From Nitrospirota bacterium (lineage in GTDB: Bacteria > Nitrospirota > UBA9217): a stretch of 64,000 bases of DNA. The stretch lies in NCBI GenBank assembly GCA_963840455.1, contig CAWIYV010000010.1, positions 472,348 through 536,347 on the forward strand. Direction: 5' to 3'. The position numbers and the translations under genes are program-made. This document shows positions 41,278 to 51,514 of this stretch, piece after piece. How positions within the stretch are numbered: the first letter of the stretch is position 1; each line of letters opens with the position of its first letter. The notes under the pieces are model-generated. The model did no database searches. It worked only from the letters and a program-made list of their open reading frames with translations, and had not been told where the DNA came from.

Positions 41278-41504
41278 AACTGCCAGAAAACCCCAGCATT
41301 TTAAGGCTGGGGATGAAGAGCAGCCAGGAGCGAAGCCAGAGTTTCATCTGGCGTAGCGAAGGTACTTCTGGCATAATATAGCCGAGTCGGTCGGCAAGGT
41401 GGATGAAGAGGTCATCCGGAAATACATCAAGACGCAGAAATGGCAGGCCATGACAGATCATGCCATGCCTGAAGCCCCGGCCTTTAGGCCTGGGGGTGGT
41501 TCAC
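41278..41504 (+). mobile_element. Internally deleted IS200/IS605-family element
   Basis: Left hairpin CCCCAGC..GCTGGGG, TnpA C-terminal remnant FW..AESVGKVDEEVIRKYIKTQ, right hairpin CCCCGGCCTTTAGGCCTGGGG-GTGGTTCAC. Confidence 0.75.
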
Positions 41505-41557
41505 TAGCAAAGTACGACTATAAGGGCTATGTATATCCATGTAAGGGATCTCTCGTA

Positions 41558-43795
41558 ATGTTTCTTCCTGTTTTTATACTGACTATTATTCTCACTTCCT
41601 GCACCACCCATATCGTGACATCGCAAAATCTCCCCGAACCTTTTCCCTATTGCGGATTGCTGAATACGCCGACTCGGCCTTACTCGGCCATCGAACCAAG
41701 AGCGTACCTCGGGATCTACCTAGCCACCCAAAAAATAGAGCAAGCCATACCGAACTGCAAAGAGAACCTTCTTATTCTGACTGCCGGAATCATCATGGGG
41801 ACGCCTGCGGAAAAAGCAGGGCTCAGGGATGGCGACGTCATTTTGTCATTGAACAACATCCCTACCTGTCATAATGCCGAGCACATCATATCGTCCTTTA
41901 AAAAAACGATCGAACAGCAGAAGATCGGAGTTCCTCTCCCCCTTGAGATTATCCGCAATGACAAAAAGCTTGGCCTCACGGTCACGCTGGAGGAACTACC
42001 GACCCATGTTCAGCGGGAAGCGGAACACCCTGAGATCGATCAATGTCCGCAACAGACCTCGATGCTCGAGAACACCCTGCGGGCTCAAAATGTCTTGCCT
42101 TTCTATAACACCCTCGTGAATGAGCTCTACCGGAAATCCAACGTTGTACATAATCCAGGCTTCATAATCCACGAAAAAGAGTTCCATCCCTTACAATTGA
42201 ACGAGGCGACTTACCTGATGAGGCATCCCTTGGCAGCGGGAGCCGTTGCCAAAGAACTTTCACGACGGACAAGTTTGCCCCTTGAAGAAATGAACTGGCA
42301 GATTAATACCATTTTCCAAAAAACCGCTTCTCTCCTTGATGTCGGGCGATTATCTTCCGTATCTCAAACCGAAATGACATTCCCTGCCTTGCTCCGAACC
42401 ACGGAGGAAACAAAGAACAGGATTGACGAAGCGCTAAGCAACTTGACGCCAGAAGAAAAGATGCTCCTGCAGAATGTCGCACGAAATTTGGATGACGACA
42501 AACAATGGAACACTGTTCTCGACATCTCCATGAAGATCGACCGCACAAAGATCTTCAATGCCTTTTCTCCTTTTCTCGCTTTTTTGACCCGCGACAACCT
42601 CGAGCTCCTGAGACAAGACCTCGTCAGCAGGTTCCGTGGCAGCACGGGCTCCATCCTCTATGAAGCGCAGACACCGATTGGCAAGGTGATCGTGGGCGGA
42701 GGAGGGCCGAATGTGTATGCTGAGGACGCCGCATTGATCCTTGATCTCGGAGGTGACGACCTTTACCTAAATAATGCAGGAGGGACGCGACCCGGGATGC
42801 CATTGGCCCTGGTGATCGACTGGGGAGGAAATGATCGGTACCTAAGCAGAGAGAACTTTTCTCAAGGTGCGGGGATCCTCGGTGGCGGTTTTCTTATCGA
42901 TCTTGGCGGGGACGATACATTCATCTCACTGGATGGGAGCCAAGGAGTTGGCTTCTGGGGCATAGGACTTCTCTATCATGGCGGCAGTAACAGCGTTTTC
43001 AGTGCAAGGAAGCTATGCCAAGGCGCAGGACAGATGGGAATCGGTCTTTTGATAAACAGAAACGGGGACGACAAATATATCTGCTCCTATGCGGGACAAG
43101 GGCTGGGACTGTTCGGCGGAGCAGGCATACTAATCGACGAGGCCGGCGATGATCTGTATCAATTGGGCGGCCTAGAACCGGACTTTCGCGATCCCACAAA
43201 AGCGACGCAAAGCCTTGGTCAGGGGTTCGGTCTGGGCACCAGGGCCGACAAGGACAAGCTCGGCGTGCCGGGAGGGATAGGCATGCTCATCGATAACAAA
43301 GGGAACGATGTTTATATCGCTGATTATTTTGCCCAGGGTGCAGCCTATTACTACGGACTTGGCATTCTGGACGATCGGGCAGGAAATGACCAATACCTTT
43401 CCGGCCGGTATTCTCAAGGCGCGGGAATCCATTCTTCGATCGGCATCCTCATTGACCGTGCGGGAGATGACCTCTACTATTCCTCGGTCGGTGCAGGCCA
43501 GGGCATGGGGCACGATTTTGGTGTCGGGTTCCTGGAGGATGACGGAGGAGACAACTACTTTTATGGGGGCTCACTAGTGCAGGGCGCGTCCACAAATGGA
43601 AGTCTCGGTATCCTGATAAACGCGAAGAGGAAAGGGGACAACAAGGACGAAGCGCTGTTCGACGTGGAGGTGAACAGCATGGGGATCAGGATTGGCAAAG
43701 AACGTGCGCACGCCGCCGTTGTTATTGAGCCGGATAAACCCCCCTGCTGCTGCCGGGGGAGTGTCATTCAATGCCCACAAAGAGAGAGGTTTTGA
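41558..43795 (+). CDS. PDZ-domain lipoprotein with Gly-rich D-x-x-G-D-D-x-Y repeats
   Basis: LTSC lipobox; YLGI...GTPAEKAGLRDGDVILSLN (PDZ); repeated QG.G..G.G.LID..GDD.Y. Confidence 0.75.
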   Translation: MFLPVFILTIILTSCTTHIVTSQNLPEPFPYCGLLNTPTRPYSAIEPRAYLGIYLATQKIEQAIPNCKENLLILTAGIIMGTPAEKAGLRDGDVILSLNNIPTCHNAEHIISSFKKTIEQQKIGVPLPLEIIRNDKKLGLTVTLEELPTHVQREAEHPEIDQCPQQTSMLENTLRAQNVLPFYNTLVNELYRKSNVVHNPGFIIHEKEFHPLQLNEATYLMRHPLAAGAVAKELSRRTSLPLEEMNWQINTIFQKTASLLDVGRLSSVSQTEMTFPALLRTTEETKNRIDEALSNLTPEEKMLLQNVARNLDDDKQWNTVLDISMKIDRTKIFNAFSPFLAFLTRDNLELLRQDLVSRFRGSTGSILYEAQTPIGKVIVGGGGPNVYAEDAALILDLGGDDLYLNNAGGTRPGMPLALVIDWGGNDRYLSRENFSQGAGILGGGFLIDLGGDDTFISLDGSQGVGFWGIGLLYHGGSNSVFSARKLCQGAGQMGIGLLINRNGDDKYICSYAGQGLGLFGGAGILIDEAGDDLYQLGGLEPDFRDPTKATQSLGQGFGLGTRADKDKLGVPGGIGMLIDNKGNDVYIADYFAQGAAYYYGLGILDDRAGNDQYLSGRYSQGAGIHSSIGILIDRAGDDLYYSSVGAGQGMGHDFGVGFLEDDGGDNYFYGGSLVQGASTNGSLGILINAKRKGDNKDEALFDVEVNSMGIRIGKERAHAAVVIEPDKPPCCCRGSVIQCPQRERF

Positions 43796-43871
43796 AAACA
43801 AGCGGAGCGCAGGCCGACGGTAACCTGTGTCCCCTGACACCGCTAAGAAGTGAAAAGGAGCATCGAAGATA

Positions 43872-44414
43872 ATGAGCGCCTTAAAAATATTTTTACAATT
43901 CGCTGCGTTTGTGATGTTGTTACTTTTCATGGGATGCACGTCAACAAAATTCACCGCTATCTGGAAAGATGACACCTATCAAGGACGTCCCGAAAAGATC
44001 CTGGTGATCAACGCATTTAAAGATCCCGCGAACAGAAGAGTTTTCGAAGAAGAATTTGTGAAGGCAATGAAGGATCGAAGGATAGATGCCGTCGTGAGCT
44101 ACACCGTTATGCCTGATCCGGCCGTGCCCGATATGGATACTATTGCGGCGAAAGCAAAGGAAGTCGGCGCGGACACCGTACTCATCAACAAACCTGTTGG
44201 CACATCACAACATGAATCCCCGAACGGTTTTGTCGGTAGCTACATTGACACGTACGTCAATACAAAAACAGATGTCTACGATATGAAATCGACCAGATTG
44301 GTCTTGAGCGCTTCAGCGGAAACATGGATACGAGAGGGTGTATCTTACACCGACCTTATGCAATCTTTCGTTAAAGATCTCGTAAACAAGCTGTCACGTC
44401 TGGGGCTCTTTTAG
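43872..44414 (+). CDS. Small lipoprotein, paralog of 39814-40371
   Basis: AGGAG RBS; FMGC lipobox; shared motifs. Confidence 0.8.
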   Translation: MSALKIFLQFAAFVMLLLFMGCTSTKFTAIWKDDTYQGRPEKILVINAFKDPANRRVFEEEFVKAMKDRRIDAVVSYTVMPDPAVPDMDTIAAKAKEVGADTVLINKPVGTSQHESPNGFVGSYIDTYVNTKTDVYDMKSTRLVLSASAETWIREGVSYTDLMQSFVKDLVNKLSRLGLF

Positions 44415-44797
44415 AAAGGGCGTGTTATTTCACGATGTCCTCATCGTACCTCGTCCCGGCATCGCCTATTGACTAATATCGTCGCTGCTTATTCAGATGA
44501 TGATTCCGGAGAAAGCTTTCACCTACTCCATGTGCGTAGAAATCTAATTGAGATGTGGCCTTTATGCTATAGTGTGATACACAAGAGCTTTGTTCTGAAT
44601 CCCGCACTTCTGATATTTGTCAAAACTGCTGTTATTATGATTGGAAATCGCGGGGGCAGAGCTTGTCCAACGAAAAAAACCGAAGTGGCTTTTGATGAAG
44701 ACCTTTTCTCAATCCGTTAATGCGAACACATTGCTATTTATAATCTTGTAATCGCTTCTATGCTCGTTGTAAATCTTGCAGGCAATGCCATAATGAC

Positions 44798-45394
44798 ATG
44801 ATGGATTCTTTCATCGCAGACCTACTCAAGGTTGAGCCAATGCACGGAGGCAGCGTGAATGGCTGGATACAAATCCCGACGTCATTTGTCATCGTGATGT
44901 ATTTTGTAATCGTAATAATTACGATGGTGAGTACTGTATATTATCTCAGGAAGAAAATCCCACTCGTTGAAGCTTTAAGAAAGGCTATTTCCCTTGTCTT
45001 TTTTTGCGCAGGATTCCTGTATTTGGTTCATTCGGAAAGGACATGGTACTCATGGTTCAGCGAAGATGTTGCAACCTATTCCGGATCCTCCACAGGCGAG
45101 AAGGTAAGGATATTTTTGGGACCCTTATACGAATTTGTCGCGGTGGCCAGCACTGTGCTGAACGACAGCGATTACACTCTGTATGCTTCCGACACCGCTA
45201 CTAGTCTAATGGCCCAATACTATCTGCTCCCCCGACGGCACAGGGCTAACGCAAAAATAATCATCGTTTTATACAATGATAATACTGCCTATGACGAATT
45301 GACAAGAACATTCAATAGGGGCGATGAACGGATTGAAAACGTTGAGCTGCTCTTTCGCTATGATCCCGGTGCATATATTGTGAGGGTAAGATGA
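44798..45394 (+). CDS. Hypothetical 2-TM protein with YYLLP motif
   Basis: Resembles the C-terminal half of 4278-5372; ATGA overlap with the downstream GT-C. Confidence 0.7.
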   Translation: MMDSFIADLLKVEPMHGGSVNGWIQIPTSFVIVMYFVIVIITMVSTVYYLRKKIPLVEALRKAISLVFFCAGFLYLVHSERTWYSWFSEDVATYSGSSTGEKVRIFLGPLYEFVAVASTVLNDSDYTLYASDTATSLMAQYYLLPRRHRANAKIIIVLYNDNTAYDELTRTFNRGDERIENVELLFRYDPGAYIVRVR

Positions 45395-46776
45395 TCTCAA
45401 TGCTCATCGCTCTCATGATACCGGCCATCCTGGGTTTTCTCTTCGTGTCCCTGCTGTTGCGCAATGATACTGCAAGCGGGCCTATCGAACGTCTCTGTCT
45501 GGCTTACCCGCTTGGCATGGGTTTTGTGACTATGCAAATGTTCTTCTTAGCTCTCATGCACGTTCCATTAAAGCTTTGGTATGTTACCGTACCGATTATA
45601 ATGGAAATTGCTGGGCTCTTCTTGTGGATACGGAAAAAAAATGTCATCATCGTCAAAACACCTTCATTAGGGCTTTTCAGCGAGATTTTCGATAGGGACA
45701 GCCCTTGGATTAAAAAGACCGCCCTAATCATCCTGACTACGCTCGTTTTCATTAAAATCGGATCCATCTTTGCGGAAACCTATTTGAGACCGATATTTGC
45801 CTGGGATTCGTTCGCCAATTGGTCAGCGGGAGCCAAAGCATTCTTTTATTCTCACAGTCTCTTCGTAGATGCTTCGCCAGAAGATTTTTTCGGTAAGGGG
45901 CTGCTGAATAGGAACGCAAACTATCCGCCTCACAATCCCCTTATGCAGGTCTGGATGGGCCTTTGGATCGGAAATTTTGATGAAGTACTTGTTAAATTCT
46001 GGAGCCCAGCGTACCTTCTCGCCATGTCCTTTTATTTATATGCGGTCATGGCCCGAGAGACCTCACGACTCATTGCATTATCGATGCTTGTGCTTTTCTT
46101 GAGTTCTCCGCTCCTGTCTCTTCATTCTATCGAAGTATACAGTGATGTACCGCTCAGCGTTTATATTCTCTTTTCCCTGATCATGTTTCTTTTCGGCATG
46201 AGAGGGAAGTATGAGTATTGGATGCTGATGGGCATCTTCTCTGCAGAAGCACTATTTACTAAAGATGAGGCACCTTTTTTTGTTCTTCCTCTGCTTCTGG
46301 TTGCTGTTATTTTCTTCTGGCAGAACAGTAGTCAAAATATTGTTCTTCGAAAATCCGCAACCCCCCTATTCGCTAGTCTGTTATTGGCGGCACCCTGGTT
46401 CGTGTTTAAATTCGCCCATCAACTCGGGTTCGGCGCCGATTATGTTACGTTAGAATTTACCTTTCGTCCCGAGATGGCATGGAAAGTCGTTTTGCTGCTT
46501 GTCTCCTTTCAGAATTTCAATGTTTTTTTCCTGTTTTTCCCCATCTTTACAATGCTTGCATGGCCGCCTACAAAGGAATTTATTTTCTTGTTTGTGCCTG
46601 TTCTGTGTTATGCGCTGTTCTTCACCTTCGTCTATATTTTCACAGTCTTTTTCTCTGGACGCCTAATGTTTAACACAGCTATCTTCCGGAATACGCTGAC
46701 TTATTATCCCAGCATATGCTTACTTACTTCTTTGCTGATAAAGACGTTCAAGCTGAGGTGGGATGGAACTCGCTGA
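45391..46776 (+). CDS. GT-C (PMT/ArnT-like) glycosyltransferase without TPR
   Basis: Polytopic; WDSFANWSAGAK, NYPPHNP, YSDVPL, FTKDE. Confidence 0.75.
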   Translation: MISMLIALMIPAILGFLFVSLLLRNDTASGPIERLCLAYPLGMGFVTMQMFFLALMHVPLKLWYVTVPIIMEIAGLFLWIRKKNVIIVKTPSLGLFSEIFDRDSPWIKKTALIILTTLVFIKIGSIFAETYLRPIFAWDSFANWSAGAKAFFYSHSLFVDASPEDFFGKGLLNRNANYPPHNPLMQVWMGLWIGNFDEVLVKFWSPAYLLAMSFYLYAVMARETSRLIALSMLVLFLSSPLLSLHSIEVYSDVPLSVYILFSLIMFLFGMRGKYEYWMLMGIFSAEALFTKDEAPFFVLPLLLVAVIFFWQNSSQNIVLRKSATPLFASLLLAAPWFVFKFAHQLGFGADYVTLEFTFRPEMAWKVVLLLVSFQNFNVFFLFFPIFTMLAWPPTKEFIFLFVPVLCYALFFTFVYIFTVFFSGRLMFNTAIFRNTLTYYPSICLLTSLLIKTFKLRWDGTR

Positions 46777-47094
46777 CCCTTAAAGAATCGGTGGCTTGTA
46801 TCAAATCTTCGGACGAGTTTTGGGAGAACGTTCAGGACTTCTGCACTATGCCCGTCTTCTCGGGAAGAAAAACAGTTCTTTTTGGGGGCCTACGGACCCT
46901 GTTACCCGCCTGCAGGAGTTTGCCTATGTTGCGACAGAAGTCTATTACCAGAAAATTCCCTGCTCTCCATGCCTGCATGTGGCCGAGCCCCCCGTGCGAG
47001 GGGAAAAATATCTGCCTTAGGACGATCTTCCAGCAAGAGAAGCTAAAAGTGATTGAAAATATAAATATTAAAATAAATAAACAAATGAATGAAT
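46765..47094 (+). pseudogene. GT9 (heptosyltransferase-like) C-terminal remnant with frameshifts
   Basis: SGLLHYARLLGK..FWGPTDP...PCSPCLH and CEGKNICL lie in different frames. Confidence 0.55.
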
Positions 47095-47332
47095 AATCAC
47101 CCCGAAGGAGAGAGGGATTTAACTTGTAGATATTGAAAGAAATTGATCGCTTCGTTCATCGGTATTGCCAAAGCGCTTCTTATATTTGTCTCTAGAGGTT
47201 CTGTAACGATCAAACGAATTGGCATATGGGGAAATAATATTATCCTATGGACTTTCGCCATCGACAAAGCGGCATCGTTGCTGAAGGATGGTTTGTGCTT
47301 GTCATTTTGGACCGTAGTACATAACGCGAGCG

Positions 47333-47348
47333 TGGCTTGTCGCTTGCA
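47333..47348 (+). promoter_or_regulatory. Possible sigma54 promoter
   Basis: TGGCTTGTCGCTTGCA has GG-N10-GC spacing. Confidence 0.45.
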
Positions 47349-47370
47349 TTAAGATTTTAGGCGGTTAGAA

Positions 47371-49176
47371 ATGAGAATGACAAATAAGCTCAAATATTCC
47401 CTTGCAGGTTTCGTTGCCGTCATCACGTTTGCAATATATCTTGCTGCTCTTCAGAATGATTTCATTGCAGCAGGGGACGATAGTGAATATGTTCTGAATA
47501 ATCCATACATTCGCTCGATCAACCTGGTGTTTCTGAGATGGGCGTTCTTTGATTTCCATGCCAGCAACTGGCACCCCCTTACTTGGATATCCCATGCCGT
47601 GGATTATGCGCTCTGGGGACCGAATCCCTTCGGGCATCATCTTACGAACATCATTCTCCACGCAGCGAACACGGCGATCGTTGTGTTACTGACTCTGAAG
47701 TTGCTCGAGATCGTGAAGGAGAGGACAAGGCAGAATACATCCACATTCTTCCTGACTGACCGGACGATCCTTATCGTGGCGGGATTGACCGGTTTATTGT
47801 TTGGTTTCCATCCCATACATGTGGAATCCGTGGCTTGGGTCGCAGAACGAAAAGACCTTCTGTGCGCCTTGTTCTTTCTGCTTAGCATCACCATCTATAT
47901 ATCTGCGGGAACAGAATGCCATGAAGCGCCCCAGGATGAATCGATCTCGCGGCTTTTCAATAAGCGCTATCGCATCACGCTTGGGTTTTTCATCCTCGCT
48001 CTTCTCAGCAAGCCGATGGCGGTGACCCTGCCCGTGGTCCTGCTGATCTTGGACTGGTATCCCTTTAACAGGATTCGGTCTCTCAAAACCTTATGGGCTG
48101 CGAGTATCGAGAAAATTCCTTTTCTTGCATTGAGCCTTGCTTCGTCCGTGATCACCATTTTGGCTCAGAGGACGGGAGAATCCATCGTATCACTAGAATT
48201 TGCGCCACTATCATCCCGCGTGCTGATAGCCTCTCGGTCCATCGTCATGTATCTTGGAAAGATGATAGCCCCAATGAATCTAATCCCATTGTATCCCTAT
48301 CCCAAGTACGTATCACTGTTCTCGTTAGAGTATTTATTCGCAATTAGCCTGACGATGGGGCTTACAGCAGCCTGCATGGTCATTGTTAAAAAACAGAAAT
48401 TCTGGTTGTCAGCCTGGGGATATTATGTGGTAACGCTCATTCCTGTCCTTGGCATTGTCCAGGTGGGCAATCAGTCTATGGCCGACCGATATGCCTATTT
48501 GCCCAGCCTTGGACCCTTCCTGGTGGCGGGTTTATGCGTGGCATGGATTGTGGTAAAAGTAGCTAACCTGCCAAAGTGGAGAGTTCTTGTTAAGTTCGTC
48601 GGCACTGCCGGGGTGCTTATTTTGTTATGCTCGATGTCATACAGAACCTTTCAACAAATAGGTATCTGGAAAAACGGCTTTGTTCTTTGGAATCACGTCA
48701 TTGCAAGGGGTTTCGAGAGCGCTACGGCCTATAACAACCGGGGAATGTCTCTGGAAGATATGGGGCAGCGAGATCGGGCAATTGCCGATTACGAGCTGGC
48801 GATTGCCTTGGATCCACGGTTTTATCTTGCCTATAATAACCGGGGGGTATTATACGGCGAAGATGGCTTGTATCGTATCTCAATAGAATATTTCCTTAAG
48901 TCGATATCCATAAATCCAAGGCATGCTGAATCTTACTGCAACCTTGGCCTGTCCTATTTCTATATGAATCAGTATGATCGTGCACTGGAAAATTATAATA
49001 AGGCAATTGAGTTGAAGCATGATTTTGACACGGCATATCTCAATCGCGGGAATGTATTTATTATTTCCGGCAACAAGGAGCTTGCCTTGAAGGATTACGG
49101 GAAGGCGTGTAATCTGGGGAACAGAAATGCCTGCGATGCATTTCGCCGATTATCTCCAGATTTCCCCCCCACCTGA
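47371..49176 (+). CDS. TMTC-like GT-C glycosyltransferase with TPRs
   Basis: AGDDSEY, NWHPLTW, HPIHVESVAWVAERKD, SKPMAV, ADRYAYLP, TPRs, ACNLGNRNAC cap. Confidence 0.88.
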   Translation: MRMTNKLKYSLAGFVAVITFAIYLAALQNDFIAAGDDSEYVLNNPYIRSINLVFLRWAFFDFHASNWHPLTWISHAVDYALWGPNPFGHHLTNIILHAANTAIVVLLTLKLLEIVKERTRQNTSTFFLTDRTILIVAGLTGLLFGFHPIHVESVAWVAERKDLLCALFFLLSITIYISAGTECHEAPQDESISRLFNKRYRITLGFFILALLSKPMAVTLPVVLLILDWYPFNRIRSLKTLWAASIEKIPFLALSLASSVITILAQRTGESIVSLEFAPLSSRVLIASRSIVMYLGKMIAPMNLIPLYPYPKYVSLFSLEYLFAISLTMGLTAACMVIVKKQKFWLSAWGYYVVTLIPVLGIVQVGNQSMADRYAYLPSLGPFLVAGLCVAWIVVKVANLPKWRVLVKFVGTAGVLILLCSMSYRTFQQIGIWKNGFVLWNHVIARGFESATAYNNRGMSLEDMGQRDRAIADYELAIALDPRFYLAYNNRGVLYGEDGLYRISIEYFLKSISINPRHAESYCNLGLSYFYMNQYDRALENYNKAIELKHDFDTAYLNRGNVFIISGNKELALKDYGKACNLGNRNACDAFRRLSPDFPPT

Positions 49177-49374
49177 CACAAGCTCTAGCGGAGGATGCTA
49201 ATTCATTATTGCGCTCATCACAGTGATGGGAGCCAAGAACATTTTGATATGAAGTGATGATATACTTCGCTCGGATCGGGATAACACGTGTTTTGATTTC
49301 TCGATTCTTTCGATAGATCGCTAACTGCGGATACGCGAATACCTGGTTTCTGGCCGTGCAGCGTGGAGGTCGTG

Positions 49375-51414
49375 ATGCAAAAGACGTCGAACTTTAGATA
49401 CTACCTTGCCGGTTTCGTTGCCGTCACCACTTTTGCCGTGTATCTCGCTGCTCTTCAGAACGATTTCATTGTTGAATGGGACGATGGCGAATATGTTCTG
49501 AATAATCCATACATTCGCTCGATCAACCTGGCGTTTCTGAAGTGGGCATTCTTTGATTTCCATGCCAGCAACTGGCACCCCCTTACTTGGATATCCCATG
49601 CCGTGGATTATGCGCTCTGGGGTGCAAATCCCTTCGGGCATCATCTGACCAGCGTGATTCTCCACGCTGTCAACGCTTTTCTGGTCGTCGTGCTCATCAT
49701 GAGGCTGCAAGAGGCCGCGAAGCAGGCGGCGCCGGACGGCCGGTATGCGTCACCATCGGGCGATCGCGGGATGCTGATAACAGCAGGAGTCACGGGATTA
49801 TTGTTCGGCCTGCATCCCGTACATGTTGAATCCGTGGCTTGGATCGCTGAACGGAAAGACCTTCTGTGCGCCTTGTTCTTTCTGCTCAGCATCGCCGGGT
49901 ATGTGAAGTATGTAACGGGCATCGGCAATGAGTCGATCGACCATGCTGTGCGATCTCGCTTTGTCAGGAAAGAATACCTGCTTTCTCTCGGATTTTTCAT
50001 CCTTGCGTTGATGAGCAAACCGATGGCGGTGAGTCTTCCCGCGGTTCTGCTGATCTTCGATTGGTACCCGTTTCGCAGGCTGCGCTCCGCCAAAGCAGCA
50101 CGGATCCTGCTTGTTGAGAAACTTCCTTTCATCACGTTCAGTCTCATCTCGTCGGTCCTCACGATTCTGGCACAACGGGCAGGGGGGGCCATTGTAGAGA
50201 TTCAGTGGCTCCCCTTGTCATCACGCTTGCTGGTCGCGGCCCAGTCGCTGCTCGTGTATCTCTGGAAGATGGTAGTACCTCGGGATCTTATCCCCTATTA
50301 TCCCTATCCGAAGGACATCTCGCTCCTCTCCGTGGACTTTCTGCTCGCCTTTGCTCTGGTCATTGGGATCAACATATTTTGCATTATTGTTGCCAAGAGA
50401 CATAAATTAGGGTTGGCGGCCTGGGGTTATTATATTGTCACCTTACTGCCTGTAATCGGCATCGTGCAGGTGGGAAGTCAATCGATGGCGGACAGATATA
50501 CCTATTTGCCAAGTCTTGCGCCCTTCCTGATCATCGCAGCGGGAACCTCATGGGGCTACGATAAGGCCGTACGCCTTAATCGGGCGAGGTCCGTGGTCAT
50601 GATGCTCTTCCTTAGTGCAGGAATCGTGATATTCGCCGGCTTGTCATTCTTGTCAGTTCGACAGATGCATATCTGGGAAAGCAGTCTTACCCTGTGGAGT
50701 TATGTCATCGAAAAACAACCGGAGAAGGTTTCCATCGCTTATACGAATCTTGGCTCGGTTTATCAAAAAATGGGCCAGCTCGACAAGGCCATGGAGAACT
50801 ATGACAAGGCGATAACCTTGGACCCAAATGATTATCTAGCTTATTCGAACCGTGGTGTAATATTTGGCAAGGTGGGTCAATTCGACAAGGCAATTGAGAG
50901 CTATAACAAGGCGGTGATATCGAATCCTGGTGATTACAGGGCTTATTTCAATCGAGGTTTGTTATATGACAAAATGGGCAGAATTGTTGACGCAATCGAG
51001 GACTTTCAACGGGCAATGAGATTAAATATGCTGGATCCTCGGGTGATTGCGTGGGCACATAATAATCTGGGGATTCTTTATGGCAAGGCAGGCATGGACG
51101 ACCAGTCAATAGCTGCTTTTAATAACTCCATTGCGATTGAGCCAAACAATCCGGTGACGTTTTACAACCGTGGTTTTGCCTATGCTTATCGAGGTCGGTA
51201 CAAAAGGGCAATAGAGGATTTCAGCAAGGCAATCATCTTGGACCAGAATTATGCGAGCGCTTATTTTCACCGAGGTGATGTATATCTCAGAACAGACAAT
51301 AAAGAACTTGCCATTTCAGATTTTAAACAAGGGTGTGATTTGGGCGACGAGGAGGCGTGTAACGCATTGCAGGTATCACGTACCATGATCAGGCCGGACC
51401 GGAAGAAAGAATAA
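49375..51414 (+). CDS. TMTC-like GT-C glycosyltransferase with TPRs
   Basis: EWDDGEY, NWHPLTW, ERKD, ADRYTYLP, longer TPR array, GCDLGDEEAC cap. Confidence 0.88.
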   Translation: MQKTSNFRYYLAGFVAVTTFAVYLAALQNDFIVEWDDGEYVLNNPYIRSINLAFLKWAFFDFHASNWHPLTWISHAVDYALWGANPFGHHLTSVILHAVNAFLVVVLIMRLQEAAKQAAPDGRYASPSGDRGMLITAGVTGLLFGLHPVHVESVAWIAERKDLLCALFFLLSIAGYVKYVTGIGNESIDHAVRSRFVRKEYLLSLGFFILALMSKPMAVSLPAVLLIFDWYPFRRLRSAKAARILLVEKLPFITFSLISSVLTILAQRAGGAIVEIQWLPLSSRLLVAAQSLLVYLWKMVVPRDLIPYYPYPKDISLLSVDFLLAFALVIGINIFCIIVAKRHKLGLAAWGYYIVTLLPVIGIVQVGSQSMADRYTYLPSLAPFLIIAAGTSWGYDKAVRLNRARSVVMMLFLSAGIVIFAGLSFLSVRQMHIWESSLTLWSYVIEKQPEKVSIAYTNLGSVYQKMGQLDKAMENYDKAITLDPNDYLAYSNRGVIFGKVGQFDKAIESYNKAVISNPGDYRAYFNRGLLYDKMGRIVDAIEDFQRAMRLNMLDPRVIAWAHNNLGILYGKAGMDDQSIAAFNNSIAIEPNNPVTFYNRGFAYAYRGRYKRAIEDFSKAIILDQNYASAYFHRGDVYLRTDNKELAISDFKQGCDLGDEEACNALQVSRTMIRPDRKKE

Positions 51415-51514
51415 TGTTGCGCCTCACGGTTTGAGAGCCGACCACGCAGCCAGCGGCATACCGCATAGAGAAACAAAATGTTCCCCGCTCGCCTTGAGTT
51501 TCTGGAGGTTGCAG

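Noticed and set aside
41399-41557. N-terminal extension of the 798-aa ORF
   Set aside because: It reads through the IS200 tnpA remnant; the lipoprotein signal starts at 41558.
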